Source of the DNA: Candidatus Doudnabacteria bacterium RIFCSPHIGHO2_01_FULL_46_24 | GTDB taxonomy: Bacteria; Patescibacteriota; Doudnabacteria; UBA920; O2-02-FULL-48-8 | Direction of reading: 5' to 3' | NCBI GenBank assembly: GCA_001777575.1 | Contig: MFEL01000018.1 | Span: 72,264-136,263, forward strand | DNA: 64,000 bases | In this document: piece after piece, positions 43,916 through 52,312 of the stretch | Numbering within the stretch: the stretch's first letter is position 1 | Layout: each line of letters begins with the position of its first letter | Position numbers and translations under genes: made by a program | The notes under the pieces: model-generated | The model's input: only the letters and a program-made list of their open reading frames with translations | Databases searched by the model: none | What the model was told of the DNA's origin: nothing

Positions 43916-44989
43916 CTATCGCTCTGGTATGACAGCCGTGCCCGTTCTTTCAAAATACTCCCTATCAAAAACCAACTGAAGCAAATCTTGCTCCAAGCCA
44001 TGGCCATTGCAGTGCGTGAGCATACCCAAATACGATTGGATTGTCTGGATAAAAGATCCTTGACTTAATTGCCCGGCTTCAAATTTATTGCGGGCCAGTG
44101 CTATTTTTCTAAACATCCGCCTTTTAGTCTTATTTCTCAAGACTATATGATGGGGCAGAATTATATAGCCCAGAGAATCAATTCCTTGCCCAAATTTTCT
44201 GATCGATACTTTATCGGGGTGCAACGATAGCTGCAGTTCTTGCTGCAAAAGATGTTGAATGGTAGCGCACTGGTTTATCAGCTCGTGTTTATTCGACGAT
44301 AAAATTATAAAATCGTCAGCGTACCGAAAATAATGCCTGGCATGCAGCCGATGTTTAATAAACTGATCTAGTTCATTCAAATATATGTTGGCAAAAATCT
44401 GCGAGCTTAAATTCCCAATCGGAAGTCCTGTAACTCTCTCTCTCTCTCTTGAAAAATTATCCACAACAAAACTTTTAACAACCTCTTCAATTAGCCACAA
44501 AAAGTGTTTGTCGCTGATTTTATTTTTAATTATCTGCAACAGCTTCTGGTGAGAAACGCTGTAGAAAAACTTGTAGATGTCGCATTTGAGCGCAAATACA
44601 TTCCTGCTATTGTTGCGGCTTACCTTTCTTAAAGCGATTGCCAAATTATTAACAGCCAAATGCGTTCCCTTATCCAAACGGGAAGCATAGGAGTGGTAAA
44701 TAAATTTGGGGTCAAATATCCGATACAGTTCATTAAAAATCAGATGATGAACCAGGCGATCACGAACAGTCGCCTTGCTAATAACCCGGTGTTTCGGATC
44801 CCAAATATGGAAAGTAATATAAGGTCCGTGCCGATAAGTCTGATTCTCAAGTTGTCGGTGAAGTTCAAAAATATTATCTTCCAAGTGCCGCTCAAATTCC
44901 AAGACATCCCTCTTCTTTTGTTTCTCTTTCCTAAATTCGTCCCAGCATAAAAATAAATTATCAATATGCAAGAATTGCCTATTCTCCAT
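43916..44989 (-). CDS. DGR reverse transcriptase
   Basis: PKHRVI, RDRLVHH, KGTH, KCDIYKFF, GLPIGNLSSQ (DGR-type SQ) and RYADDF; no maturase or endonuclease domain. Confidence 0.95.
   Translation of the reverse strand: MENRQFLHIDNLFLCWDEFRKEKQKKRDVLEFERHLEDNIFELHRQLENQTYRHGPYITFHIWDPKHRVISKATVRDRLVHHLIFNELYRIFDPKFIYHSYASRLDKGTHLAVNNLAIALRKVSRNNSRNVFALKCDIYKFFYSVSHQKLLQIIKNKISDKHFLWLIEEVVKSFVVDNFSRERERVTGLPIGNLSSQIFANIYLNELDQFIKHRLHARHYFRYADDFIILSSNKHELINQCATIQHLLQQELQLSLHPDKVSIRKFGQGIDSLGYIILPHHIVLRNKTKRRMFRKIALARNKFEAGQLSQGSFIQTIQSYLGMLTHCNGHGLEQDLLQLVFDREYFERTGTAVIPER
44434..44449. repeat. (CT)8 / (GA)8 microsatellite inside RT
   Basis: CTCTCTCTCTCTCTCT encodes RERER just before GLPIGN. 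Confidence 0.9.
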
Positions 44990-45304
44990 AAATTAACCGA
45001 ATTTTATAAAACATTTTATCTCTATCTCGCCTCTTTTCCTCAAAAGGATAAATATGCCCTTGGCGCCAAATGCGAAGGCTATATTATTTCAACTCTTGAA
45101 TTATTATTGGCAGCGGAATACGCCAGCAAAAATCAAAGGCTGCAACTAATACAGCAGGCTTCCGTCAAATTCGATATGCTTAAGTCTTTTATCCGTATCG
45201 CCAAGGAGCTGAAAATTCTGGATCAGAAAAAATACATCCGCCTGGAAGCGGAATTACAAGAGATCGGCCGCCAGCTGGGAGGCTGGCAGCGATCTTTGAG
45301 CTAA
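44966..45304 (+). CDS. avd: DGR accessory variability determinant (Avd-like four-helix bundle)
   Basis: 112 aa; LPILHK, FPQKDKYALG and EIGRQLGGW; lies between RT and TR. Confidence 0.88.
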   Translation: MQELPILHKLTEFYKTFYLYLASFPQKDKYALGAKCEGYIISTLELLLAAEYASKNQRLQLIQQASVKFDMLKSFIRIAKELKILDQKKYIRLEAELQEIGRQLGGWQRSLS

Positions 45305-45316
45305 AGCATAGACGCA

Positions 45317-45433
45317 ACCCGAGGAGGCACACGCCGCCGGAGTAGTTGTCGTTGGCATTCAGATTCCTGTTGTCGAACTTCAACTTGTCGTCGTTGGCCT
45401 TGAAGTAGAGCGAGTGCTGCTTCGACTGCCAGA
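45317..45433 (-). repeat. DGR template repeat (TR)
   Basis: 117-bp copy of the VR; 30 adenines on the minus strand, in codons such as AAC, AAT, AAG and GAC. Confidence 0.95.
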
Positions 45434-45612
45434 ATTTGTCTTTTTCCTTCCACTAGCACCGGAGAATAATTACTTATCCTCCTGAATTTCATTTCGTCCG
45501 CAATGGACGTTGAAAAAAGACAAGTAGTGTCTATACTTTTTGCATGTATAGGATTTCAGCGGCTTAAGTCCGTAAACTTAAGCGCATTAACCTACTTTCA
45601 AGAATAATTTTA

Positions 45613-45652
45613 TAACAAAAGAAAAACGGGAGCAATCAAGGACTGCTCCCGT
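45613..45652 (-). terminator. Rho-independent terminator of the DGR target gene
   Basis: ACGGGAGCA/TGCTCCCGT 9-bp stem followed by TTTTCTTTTGTT on the minus strand. Confidence 0.7.
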
Positions 45653-45654
45653 CC

Positions 45655-45672
45655 GGACTCCTCCGAGAGTCC
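45655..45672 (-). promoter_or_regulatory. Candidate DGR homing hairpin downstream of VR
   Basis: GGACTC-6 nt-GAGTCC inverted repeat 32 nt past the target stop; absent after TR. Confidence 0.55.
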
Positions 45673-45704
45673 AAAACCCAAAACCCGAGAAACCGACGAA
45701 TGCA

Positions 45705-46646
45705 CTACCCGAGGAGGCACACGCCGCCGGAGTAGTTGTCGTAGGCACACAGATCCCCGCAGCCGAACCACAACCGGTCGCCGAAAGCCCTGAAGTAGAG
45801 CGAGTGCTGCCCCGACTGCCAGAGCACTGCGGCACAGTCCAAACCCGGCGTCTGGTAATCGCGCGCCAGCACGTCTGGGTAGGTGGTCAGCGCTGCTGCC
45901 GGCTCGATGACCCCGCACAGCAACACGTCCGCAGGCAGCGTAGCCATCTGCTCCCGATCTGCCGGGATCGAAAATCCCTGCAGGCAGTTCGGGGAATAGC
46001 CCAGCACAACCGAACCTTCGGCCAGCTTGCGCAGCAGGCGGTTGTGGCTTTGGGCCACGACCTTGACCTGCTTGGCCAGTTCCCCTTCGCGGTAGTTCTT
46101 GAAGCTGCGCCCGGGAAATTGCTGCTCGTAAGCCCGCTTGACCCCGGCCAGCAGCTTGTCGTCGGTAAACTGGCCTAGATCGCCAATCTGCATTTTCGGC
46201 AACGCCAACGGCAACACCATGCCATGAGTAGGCAGGTTGGCCATGAGCGGATCAGTCGCGAGACGGCAGAGAATCGCCGCGAACCGCGCTTCGAACTCGT
46301 CAGCTGACATGAACGCGCTGCCGCCGAAGTGCTCCACGAACCGCTCGAGACGCGCCGCAAAGTCCACTTTCGGCTGGTCGAGGTAGAACGACCGGTTCGC
46401 ATCCACAGCCTTGGCCTTCATGCCTTGGGGTGGGATGCGACGGCCGTTGCTGTCGAACAGCGGTTTGATCGGCTCTTCCAGCACGAACTCGCCCGATTCG
46501 TTTTCCGTGTCTGGCTTGGTAATCTTGAAAACGAGCCTGCCGCTCTTCACGGCTAACGCGTTCTCATTACCGCCAAGGTTGCTGATGAGCGAGCGGTAGT
46601 CGTTCCCGCTCCAAGGCCCCAACGTTTCCCATTCTATGAGTTTCAT
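45705..46646 (-). CDS. DGR target (hypervariable) protein of unknown function
   Basis: 313 aa with C-terminal VR, AAGGAGG SD and GC-rich coding sequence. Confidence 0.92.
   Translation of the reverse strand: MKLIEWETLGPWSGNDYRSLISNLGGNENALAVKSGRLVFKITKPDTENESGEFVLEEPIKPLFDSNGRRIPPQGMKAKAVDANRSFYLDQPKVDFAARLERFVEHFGGSAFMSADEFEARFAAILCRLATDPLMANLPTHGMVLPLALPKMQIGDLGQFTDDKLLAGVKRAYEQQFPGRSFKNYREGELAKQVKVVAQSHNRLLRKLAEGSVVLGYSPNCLQGFSIPADREQMATLPADVLLCGVIEPAAALTTYPDVLARDYQTPGLDCAAVLWQSGQHSLYFRAFGDRLWFGCGDLCAYDNYSGGVCLLG
45707..45823 (-). repeat. DGR variable repeat (VR)
   Basis: Encodes the last 38 aa of the target: WQSGQHSLYFRAFGDRLWFGCGDLCAYDNYSGGVCLLG. Confidence 0.95.
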
Positions 46647-46755
46647 ATTTCCTCCTTCAGGCTAACTTGCCCGAAGAACATTTGCCCCTTATCCCGAGGC
46701 CCAGGGTCCGAGTTCTGTCGGAGCCGCAGTTGTCCCCCTGATTGCAGGACATCGT

Positions 46756-46784
46756 ATCCTAGCCATTTTTGACGAATTTGTCAA
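46756..46784 (-). promoter_or_regulatory. Sigma-70 promoter for the DGR target gene
   Basis: TTGACA-17 nt-TAGGAT on the minus strand. Confidence 0.6.
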
Positions 46785-46824
46785 GGCTGGGTTACAATAC
46801 CAATAAGTATTCATCAACCATGAA

Positions 46825-46944
46825 TCCCGTTAGAAATAGGCCAACCTCTTCCTTTAATATAAGCTCGTTGTTTTATCAAAATTTAAGCAAAATTAATTAT
46901 CATCGCGCTTTGTTTCCGTTAAGCGCGGCTGATTTCTAACGGGA
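46825..46944. mobile_element. 120-bp MITE-like element, copy 2
   Basis: Perfect 13-bp TIR TCCCGTTAGAAAT/ATTTCTAACGGGA with TGAA on both flanks. Confidence 0.75.
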
Positions 46945-48188
46945 TGAAAAAAAATTACCAACCGCCCCAAATCATTCTTGACCGCTACGCCAAAGTTTTG
47001 GTGCGGTTTGCGCTGGGCGGCGGCAAGGGTATCAAAAAAGGCGATGTCGTGCGCGTTTCCAGCAGCGAATCCGGGCGCCAGCTGTATTTAGCCGTGTGCA
47101 ACGCCGTGATTGACGAAGGCGGCCACGTCCTGCCGCATTATTCGCCGGATGACGAACAAGGCGATAAGCGCCGCAACGAAAGCTTTACCCGATACTTCTA
47201 TGAACACGCGCAGGACCACCAGATGGATCACTTCCCGCATAAATATCTCAAGGGCTTGGTCGAGCAGATGGATCATTCAATTTTTATTCTGGCTGATGCC
47301 GACCCGCATGCGCTCAAAGGAGTCAATCCTAAAAAAATTATGCGCCGCGGCGTGGCCTTAAAGCCGTTCATGGACTGGCGGCACAAAAAAGAGTGGCAGG
47401 GCAGATTTACCTGGACCATTGCGCTTTATGGCACGCCGGCCATGGCCGCCGAAGCCGGCCTTTCCCCGAAAGCGTATTGGAACCAAATAATCAAGGCCTG
47501 CTTTCTTGACCAGAAAGATCCAATTGCGAAATGGAAAGATGTTTACCGGAAATTGGAACACTATCGCCGAGCGTTAAATCGGCTCTCGCCCCGAATTGAC
47601 CGGCTCCATGTTGTCGGGCCGGATGTCAATCTTTGGATCAAACCGGGCGAGAAAAGGCTGTGGCTGGGCGGCAGCGGCCGCAACATTCCCAGTTTTGAAC
47701 TGTTCACTTCTCCAGACTGGCGCGGCACTAAAGGTTGGATTCGGTTCAACCAGCCGCTTTATCGTTACGGCAGTAAGGTCACCGGCATTCAACTTTGGTT
47801 TGAAAACGGCCAGGTTATCAAAAGCCAGGCCAGAACAGGCGAAAAGCTGCTGAAAGAAATGATTGCCACGCCTGGCGCCAATAAGGTTGGAGAGTTCTCC
47901 TTAACCGACCGCCGCTTCAGCCGCATCACCAAGTTCATGGCCGAAACGCTGTTTGACGAAAACATGGGCGGGCCCCACGGCAACACCCACATCGCCCTGG
48001 GCATGTCTTACCGCGATACGTTCGACGGCAACGCCGCCAAACTTTCCAAAAAACAAGCCGAGGCCCTGGGGTTCAACGACTCGTCTGTCCATACCGACAT
48101 CATCTCCACCGCGCCCCGCACGGTCACGGCGCATCTGAAAAACGGCCAAGAAAAAATCATCTACAACCGCGGTCAGTTTGTCATCTAA
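46944..48188 (+). CDS. Aminopeptidase (M29, AmpS/T family)
   Basis: NIPSFELFTSP, GEFSL, LFDEN..HIALG and SSVHTDI. Confidence 0.92.
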   Translation: MKKNYQPPQIILDRYAKVLVRFALGGGKGIKKGDVVRVSSSESGRQLYLAVCNAVIDEGGHVLPHYSPDDEQGDKRRNESFTRYFYEHAQDHQMDHFPHKYLKGLVEQMDHSIFILADADPHALKGVNPKKIMRRGVALKPFMDWRHKKEWQGRFTWTIALYGTPAMAAEAGLSPKAYWNQIIKACFLDQKDPIAKWKDVYRKLEHYRRALNRLSPRIDRLHVVGPDVNLWIKPGEKRLWLGGSGRNIPSFELFTSPDWRGTKGWIRFNQPLYRYGSKVTGIQLWFENGQVIKSQARTGEKLLKEMIATPGANKVGEFSLTDRRFSRITKFMAETLFDENMGGPHGNTHIALGMSYRDTFDGNAAKLSKKQAEALGFNDSSVHTDIISTAPRTVTAHLKNGQEKIIYNRGQFVI

Positions 48189-48220
48189 GCCGCATGCGAT
48201 GGTCATGCTATACTTAAGAC

Positions 48221-49258
48221 ATGATTCAGACCAACGCGGATGAAATAGACATTGTCAATCCATCACCCAAAAAAAACGAGGGGTTTTTCGAAGCAACCCT
48301 CCGGCCCCAAACCCTCGGAGAGTATGTCGGCCAGGGCAAAATCAAAGACAATCTGAAAATTTTCATTGACGCGGCGCAAAAAAGAAAAGAGGTCCTGGAG
48401 CATATCCTGCTCTACGGCCCGCCGGGCTTGGGCAAAACCACGCTCGCCCACATCATTGCCCGCGAAAGCGGAGTCTCGATCAAGGTCACTTCCGGCCCGG
48501 CCATCGAAAAAAGCGGCGACTTGGCTTCCCTGCTGACCGCGCTGGAGCCCAATGACGTTTTGTTCATTGACGAAATCCACCGCCTGCCCAAAGCGGTGGA
48601 GGAAATTCTCTACCCGGCCATGGAAGATTATTGCCTGGATATTGTCTTGGGCAAAGGCGCCGGAGCCAAAGCCTTGCGCTTGGATTTGCCGAAATTCACT
48701 TTAATCGGCGCCACCACGCGCATCGGGCTGATTTCCGCACCCCTTCGCGACCGTTTCGGTTCCACTTACCGGCTCGACTATTATGAAGAAAATGAAATCG
48801 AGCAAATCATCGAACGGGCCGCGCACATTCTGAAAATCAAGATTGACCGCGGCGGCAAACAAGAAATCGCCAAGCGCAGCCGCCGCACCCCCCGCATCGC
48901 CAACCGGCTCTTAAAGCGCGTGCGCGACTTTGCCCAAGTCAAGGCGTCGGGCAAAATCACTGGCGACATTGCCCATGACGCGCTCAACATGCTGGAAGTG
49001 GACAGTCTGGGCTTGGATGCCAATGACCGCCGCCTCCTTTCCGCTTTGATCGAAAAATTCAGCGGGGGGCCAGTCGGGCTTTCCTCCCTAGCCGCAGCCA
49101 CCTCAGAGGAGCAGGAGACTTTAGAAGACGTCTATGAGCCATTCTTGATCCGCATCGGATTTCTAGCCCGCACGCCCAAAGGGCGCATCGCCACCCCTGC
49201 GGCCTACGAGCATCTGAGGGTATCTATGAAACAAGCCAAAGGGCAAACACTACTATAA
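48221..49258 (+). CDS. ruvB: Holliday junction branch migration helicase
   Basis: [32 protein letters not shown] and YEPFL. Confidence 0.98.
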   Translation: MIQTNADEIDIVNPSPKKNEGFFEATLRPQTLGEYVGQGKIKDNLKIFIDAAQKRKEVLEHILLYGPPGLGKTTLAHIIARESGVSIKVTSGPAIEKSGDLASLLTALEPNDVLFIDEIHRLPKAVEEILYPAMEDYCLDIVLGKGAGAKALRLDLPKFTLIGATTRIGLISAPLRDRFGSTYRLDYYEENEIEQIIERAAHILKIKIDRGGKQEIAKRSRRTPRIANRLLKRVRDFAQVKASGKITGDIAHDALNMLEVDSLGLDANDRRLLSALIEKFSGGPVGLSSLAAATSEEQETLEDVYEPFLIRIGFLARTPKGRIATPAAYEHLRVSMKQAKGQTLL

Positions 49259-49342
49259 TTTGCAATTATCAATGGTCAATAGAAAACTGAAAATTAGAAA
49301 ATTAATTGAAATTTGAAATTTGTAAATTGATAATTCTCCCAT

Positions 49343-49567
49343 ATGCTCAACGTCTACCAACCCACTAACCTTCTGCACACCGGCATTGCGCTGGTTTTTT
49401 ACCTGCTCATGGCCGGCTTTGTAGTCTATAGTTTTTTGGCGCTGTATGCCCTCAACCGCTTTGGCCATTCCAAACTTTTAGCTACGGTCATTTCGCTGAT
49501 TTACATTGTCATCATCGCCAGCCTGTTTGCCGCGGCCCAGACGAATCTGAATAGCATTAAATTTTGA
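49343..49567 (+). CDS. Small two-TM membrane protein
   Basis: 74 aa, hydrophobic, in tandem with the next gene. Confidence 0.6.
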   Translation: MLNVYQPTNLLHTGIALVFYLLMAGFVVYSFLALYALNRFGHSKLLATVISLIYIVIIASLFAAAQTNLNSIKF

Positions 49568-49568
49568 C

Positions 49569-50144
49569 ATGTATCTACCAAGTCTCAAAAAAATCCTCGG
49601 CGAAAGCCAGTTTCCCGGCCAGCAGGAAAACGAGGAAGTCTGCCTGGTCATCCGCCAGCACTGGTTCGTGTTTTTCATGCGCCTTACGCTTTGGCTCCTG
49701 TTCGCCGCCATTTTGCTCGCCACGGACTGGTACATCGGCCGCTACGCGCCGGTCCTAGCAAATTCACCCTATGCCGAAATCGTCTCGCTCATCAAAAGCA
49801 TTTACCTCATGTTTTTGATGTTGGGACTGCTCATGCTTTGGACCATTTATTATTTGAACATGCAGATTGTCACCAACGAACGGCTGGTGGACATTGATCA
49901 GCATTCGCTTTTGCACCACAAAATTTCCGAGCTCTACCTCTCGCGCATGCAGGACGTCACGGCCGAAGTCAAGGGCTTGTTTCCGACTTTTTTCAACTAC
50001 GGCAACGTCTACATCCAGTCCGCGGCTGAAGTTGAGCGGTTTGTGTTCACCAACATCCCCAACCCCACAGCCGTGGCCAAGCTCATCTCCGACCTCTACG
50101 AAAAACTCCCGGTTGATGAAAAACAAAAAGGCCGGACAGAATAA
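49569..50144 (+). CDS. Membrane protein with bacterial PH domain
   Basis: RQHW, two TMs, IVTNERLVDIDQ..IQDVT-like and NYGNVYIQSA. Confidence 0.8.
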   Translation: MYLPSLKKILGESQFPGQQENEEVCLVIRQHWFVFFMRLTLWLLFAAILLATDWYIGRYAPVLANSPYAEIVSLIKSIYLMFLMLGLLMLWTIYYLNMQIVTNERLVDIDQHSLLHHKISELYLSRMQDVTAEVKGLFPTFFNYGNVYIQSAAEVERFVFTNIPNPTAVAKLISDLYEKLPVDEKQKGRTE

Positions 50145-50288
50145 CTATAGTGCAATATCTTTGTTTTAAAGGCTCAACCGTCGGTTGAGCCTTTGCGGTA
50201 CCTAAAATAGGCATGGCACAAATAGGTACCAGTGATTATAAAAAGAAAAAAGCTTGGGCAACCGTGGCGGTCGCCCAAGCGAGAATGC

Positions 50289-51812
50289 TCACCGCGAGGC
50301 GGTGGCTTTTTGATAGACAACTGTGAAGAACTGCTCCCACTCGGGGTGGACCACGACGTGAATCGTGTCCTGCGACCCTTCGGGGATGAACGCCAACATG
50401 CCCACACTCTCAAGGTCCGAGAGTATGAACAACAGATCGCGGCGGTAGGCCGAGGACTTGCCTTTGAGGGGCAAATCGAACGCCTTGCCGATGGTGTGAG
50501 TCGGGAGTGCCGTGCGGGCGTTGGGGTTGCTTCCCTGCAGCCGCCCCTGGTATTCCTCGCTGCGCACCAGACTGTTGACTTCGATTGCCTGGAAGTTGCG
50601 GCCGGCAAGCAGCCGCGCCTCATTGGCGATGTAGATCAGCAGCCCGACCGTGGCCGGCTCCGAAGCGACGTACGCCTGCCGATTTTTCGGATCCCTCTCC
50701 GCAATCGGTGACTTACCAGCCAACCGCGGCGACAGTCCGTACTGAGCGTACGGGACCGGCAGGGGTACCAATCGCCGCTCTGCGGTGACAGAGCCAGTCG
50801 CTTGGCGCGTGGCCTCCTGGATCGCCGCCAAGTCCTCAAACTTGAGCTGTTCAACCTGCTCGGGCGTGAAGAAGGTCCACATGCGGCTGGGGGCCACCCG
50901 GTCGTCAAAGCGGTTGCGGTGAAGCGCAAACCGCTTGGCGTACGAACTGGGGTCCTTGCGGAAGTTGGCCAGCAGCTCCCACGCCTTGATGACGCGGGGA
51001 TAGTAGGTCTTGCCGAAGTCCGGCAGACGTTGGAGAGCCGAATACACCCCGGTTCGATAGTAGGGAGTGTTGCCGAAGTACACCGAGGCGTAGCTCAAAC
51101 CGTGACGCTTGATTGCCGCCGCAGCCGTACTACTGTTCACCGAGCCACCGGCTGCCGCAGACAACACCCGCAACACTCGACCCATGCCGTCGTGGTATTC
51201 CTGGACGGCAAAATCTCCGCGGTTGCCGAACAGTCGGATGGTGCGGCTAAACCTGCGCGCCATAGCCGGAATGATTTTCTCCGGCATGAGCCGCTCGTCA
51301 TAAACCACCACGTCCCCATAAACCGGCTTTGTCACTGCCGGAATCAGGCGGCGGTTTTTGCCAGTCCCAACCCAGCGCGCCTTGCGCGTGACGCGCGTGC
51401 CAATCTGCCTCCGCTCGGTCTTGATAACCAGGCCTTCCTCTTTGGCCGAGGCGCGGGAGAATTGTCCAAGGCCACGAGGTCCGGTCGGCGATTGTGCATC
51501 TGCCTCGCAGTAGCTTTCGACGAAAGCTACGGACGCGAGCAGGAACGGATCGATTCGCGGAGTGACTGAAGTACTGCCAGACTCGAAGAGCGGCCAGTAC
51601 TTCATGCACCTCGCCGGCGCGCCTTCAGCCTTGGGGTGCCGCAGCAGCCAGAACTCTTGGGCGTCTTGCAGCAGCCTCATCCGCGCCTCGAGCAATTGAG
51701 GCGTGAGCTTCTCCCGATCCTTGCCCACTCCGACAATGCGATCGAAGGAGGAGGCGTGCAGTGCAACGATGCCGGCAAGCATAACTATTGCCAGTATCAG
51801 CAGTTTCTTCAT
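50289..51812 (-). CDS. Secreted lytic transglycosylase (SLT) + DUF5715/M15-like domain protein
   Basis: Signal peptide; IDPFLLASVAFVES..A.SPTGPRGLGQF (SLT); SLVRS..YQ..L...N.NA....THTIGKAFDL...IHVVV. GAGGAGG SD. Confidence 0.75.
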   Translation of the reverse strand: MKKLLILAIVMLAGIVALHASSFDRIVGVGKDREKLTPQLLEARMRLLQDAQEFWLLRHPKAEGAPARCMKYWPLFESGSTSVTPRIDPFLLASVAFVESYCEADAQSPTGPRGLGQFSRASAKEEGLVIKTERRQIGTRVTRKARWVGTGKNRRLIPAVTKPVYGDVVVYDERLMPEKIIPAMARRFSRTIRLFGNRGDFAVQEYHDGMGRVLRVLSAAAGGSVNSSTAAAAIKRHGLSYASVYFGNTPYYRTGVYSALQRLPDFGKTYYPRVIKAWELLANFRKDPSSYAKRFALHRNRFDDRVAPSRMWTFFTPEQVEQLKFEDLAAIQEATRQATGSVTAERRLVPLPVPYAQYGLSPRLAGKSPIAERDPKNRQAYVASEPATVGLLIYIANEARLLAGRNFQAIEVNSLVRSEEYQGRLQGSNPNARTALPTHTIGKAFDLPLKGKSSAYRRDLLFILSDLESVGMLAFIPEGSQDTIHVVVHPEWEQFFTVVYQKATASR

Positions 51813-51864
51813 TGTCTCCTCCTCTGGAAACAAAAAGGTGCCCGGACCTATTCCGGAACACCAA

Positions 51865-51931
51865 ATCCTAGCATTTTAGGCCTCTTTCGTCAAGCACTGC
51901 TCTTGACAAATTGGCCAGAAAGGAGTATACT
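51865..51931. promoter_or_regulatory. Back-to-back divergent sigma-70 promoters
   Basis: Minus strand: TTGACG-17-TAGGAT (51865-51893). Plus strand: TTGACA-17-TATACT (51903-51931). Confidence 0.65.
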
Positions 51932-52005
51932 TAGGGGTTTCAAGCTGCCCATGCAACAGGAGAGCTTGGAACAGCAGATTTCAATATAGAAGGGGGGGAT
52001 ATTTT

Positions 52006-52269
52006 TTGAAGGCAAGAGGGCGACCGGCGTGCGCCGGGTATGTCGTGGGCTTTGAAGTTTCCAAGCATGATCCAACGCGGGTCAATTGGAAAGTCAAAGT
52101 CCAGGCCGGCCCTCGAGCGCTCGTCGGCAAGAAGTTCTGCATTGAGTCGCACCACGTGCCCAAGAACATTCACGAGGGCATGGACGTGTTGTTCGATGTG
52201 GACGACCACGGGGTAGGGAAACCGGTGGCGATCAACGTGTTCCGCGTGGTGATCGTCGCCAACCGTTAA
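52006..52269 (+). CDS. Small hypothetical beta-rich protein
   Basis: 87 aa, TTG start after a purine-rich SD-like stretch. Confidence 0.5.
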   Translation: MKARGRPACAGYVVGFEVSKHDPTRVNWKVKVQAGPRALVGKKFCIESHHVPKNIHEGMDVLFDVDDHGVGKPVAINVFRVVIVANR

Positions 52270-52312
52270 CCGCTCGGGTAGTCCCGCACAAGGCGGGACA
52301 AGGAGAGCAGAG

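Larger units (their letters stand above)
43916..46784. mobile_element. Diversity-generating retroelement (RT, avd, TR, VR-bearing target)
   Basis: DGR-type RT, Avd-like gene and a 117-bp TR/VR pair with 18 of 19 mismatches at TR adenines. Confidence 0.96.

Noticed and set aside
43916-44989. RT as group II intron, retron or CRISPR-associated RT
   Set aside because: No maturase domain, intron domain V or cas genes seen; the SQ motif, Avd and TR/VR pair identify a DGR.
45189-45492. ORFs spanning TR (64 aa and 63 aa)
   Set aside because: They are conceptual translations of the template repeat and overlap avd; there is no evidence of a second target gene.
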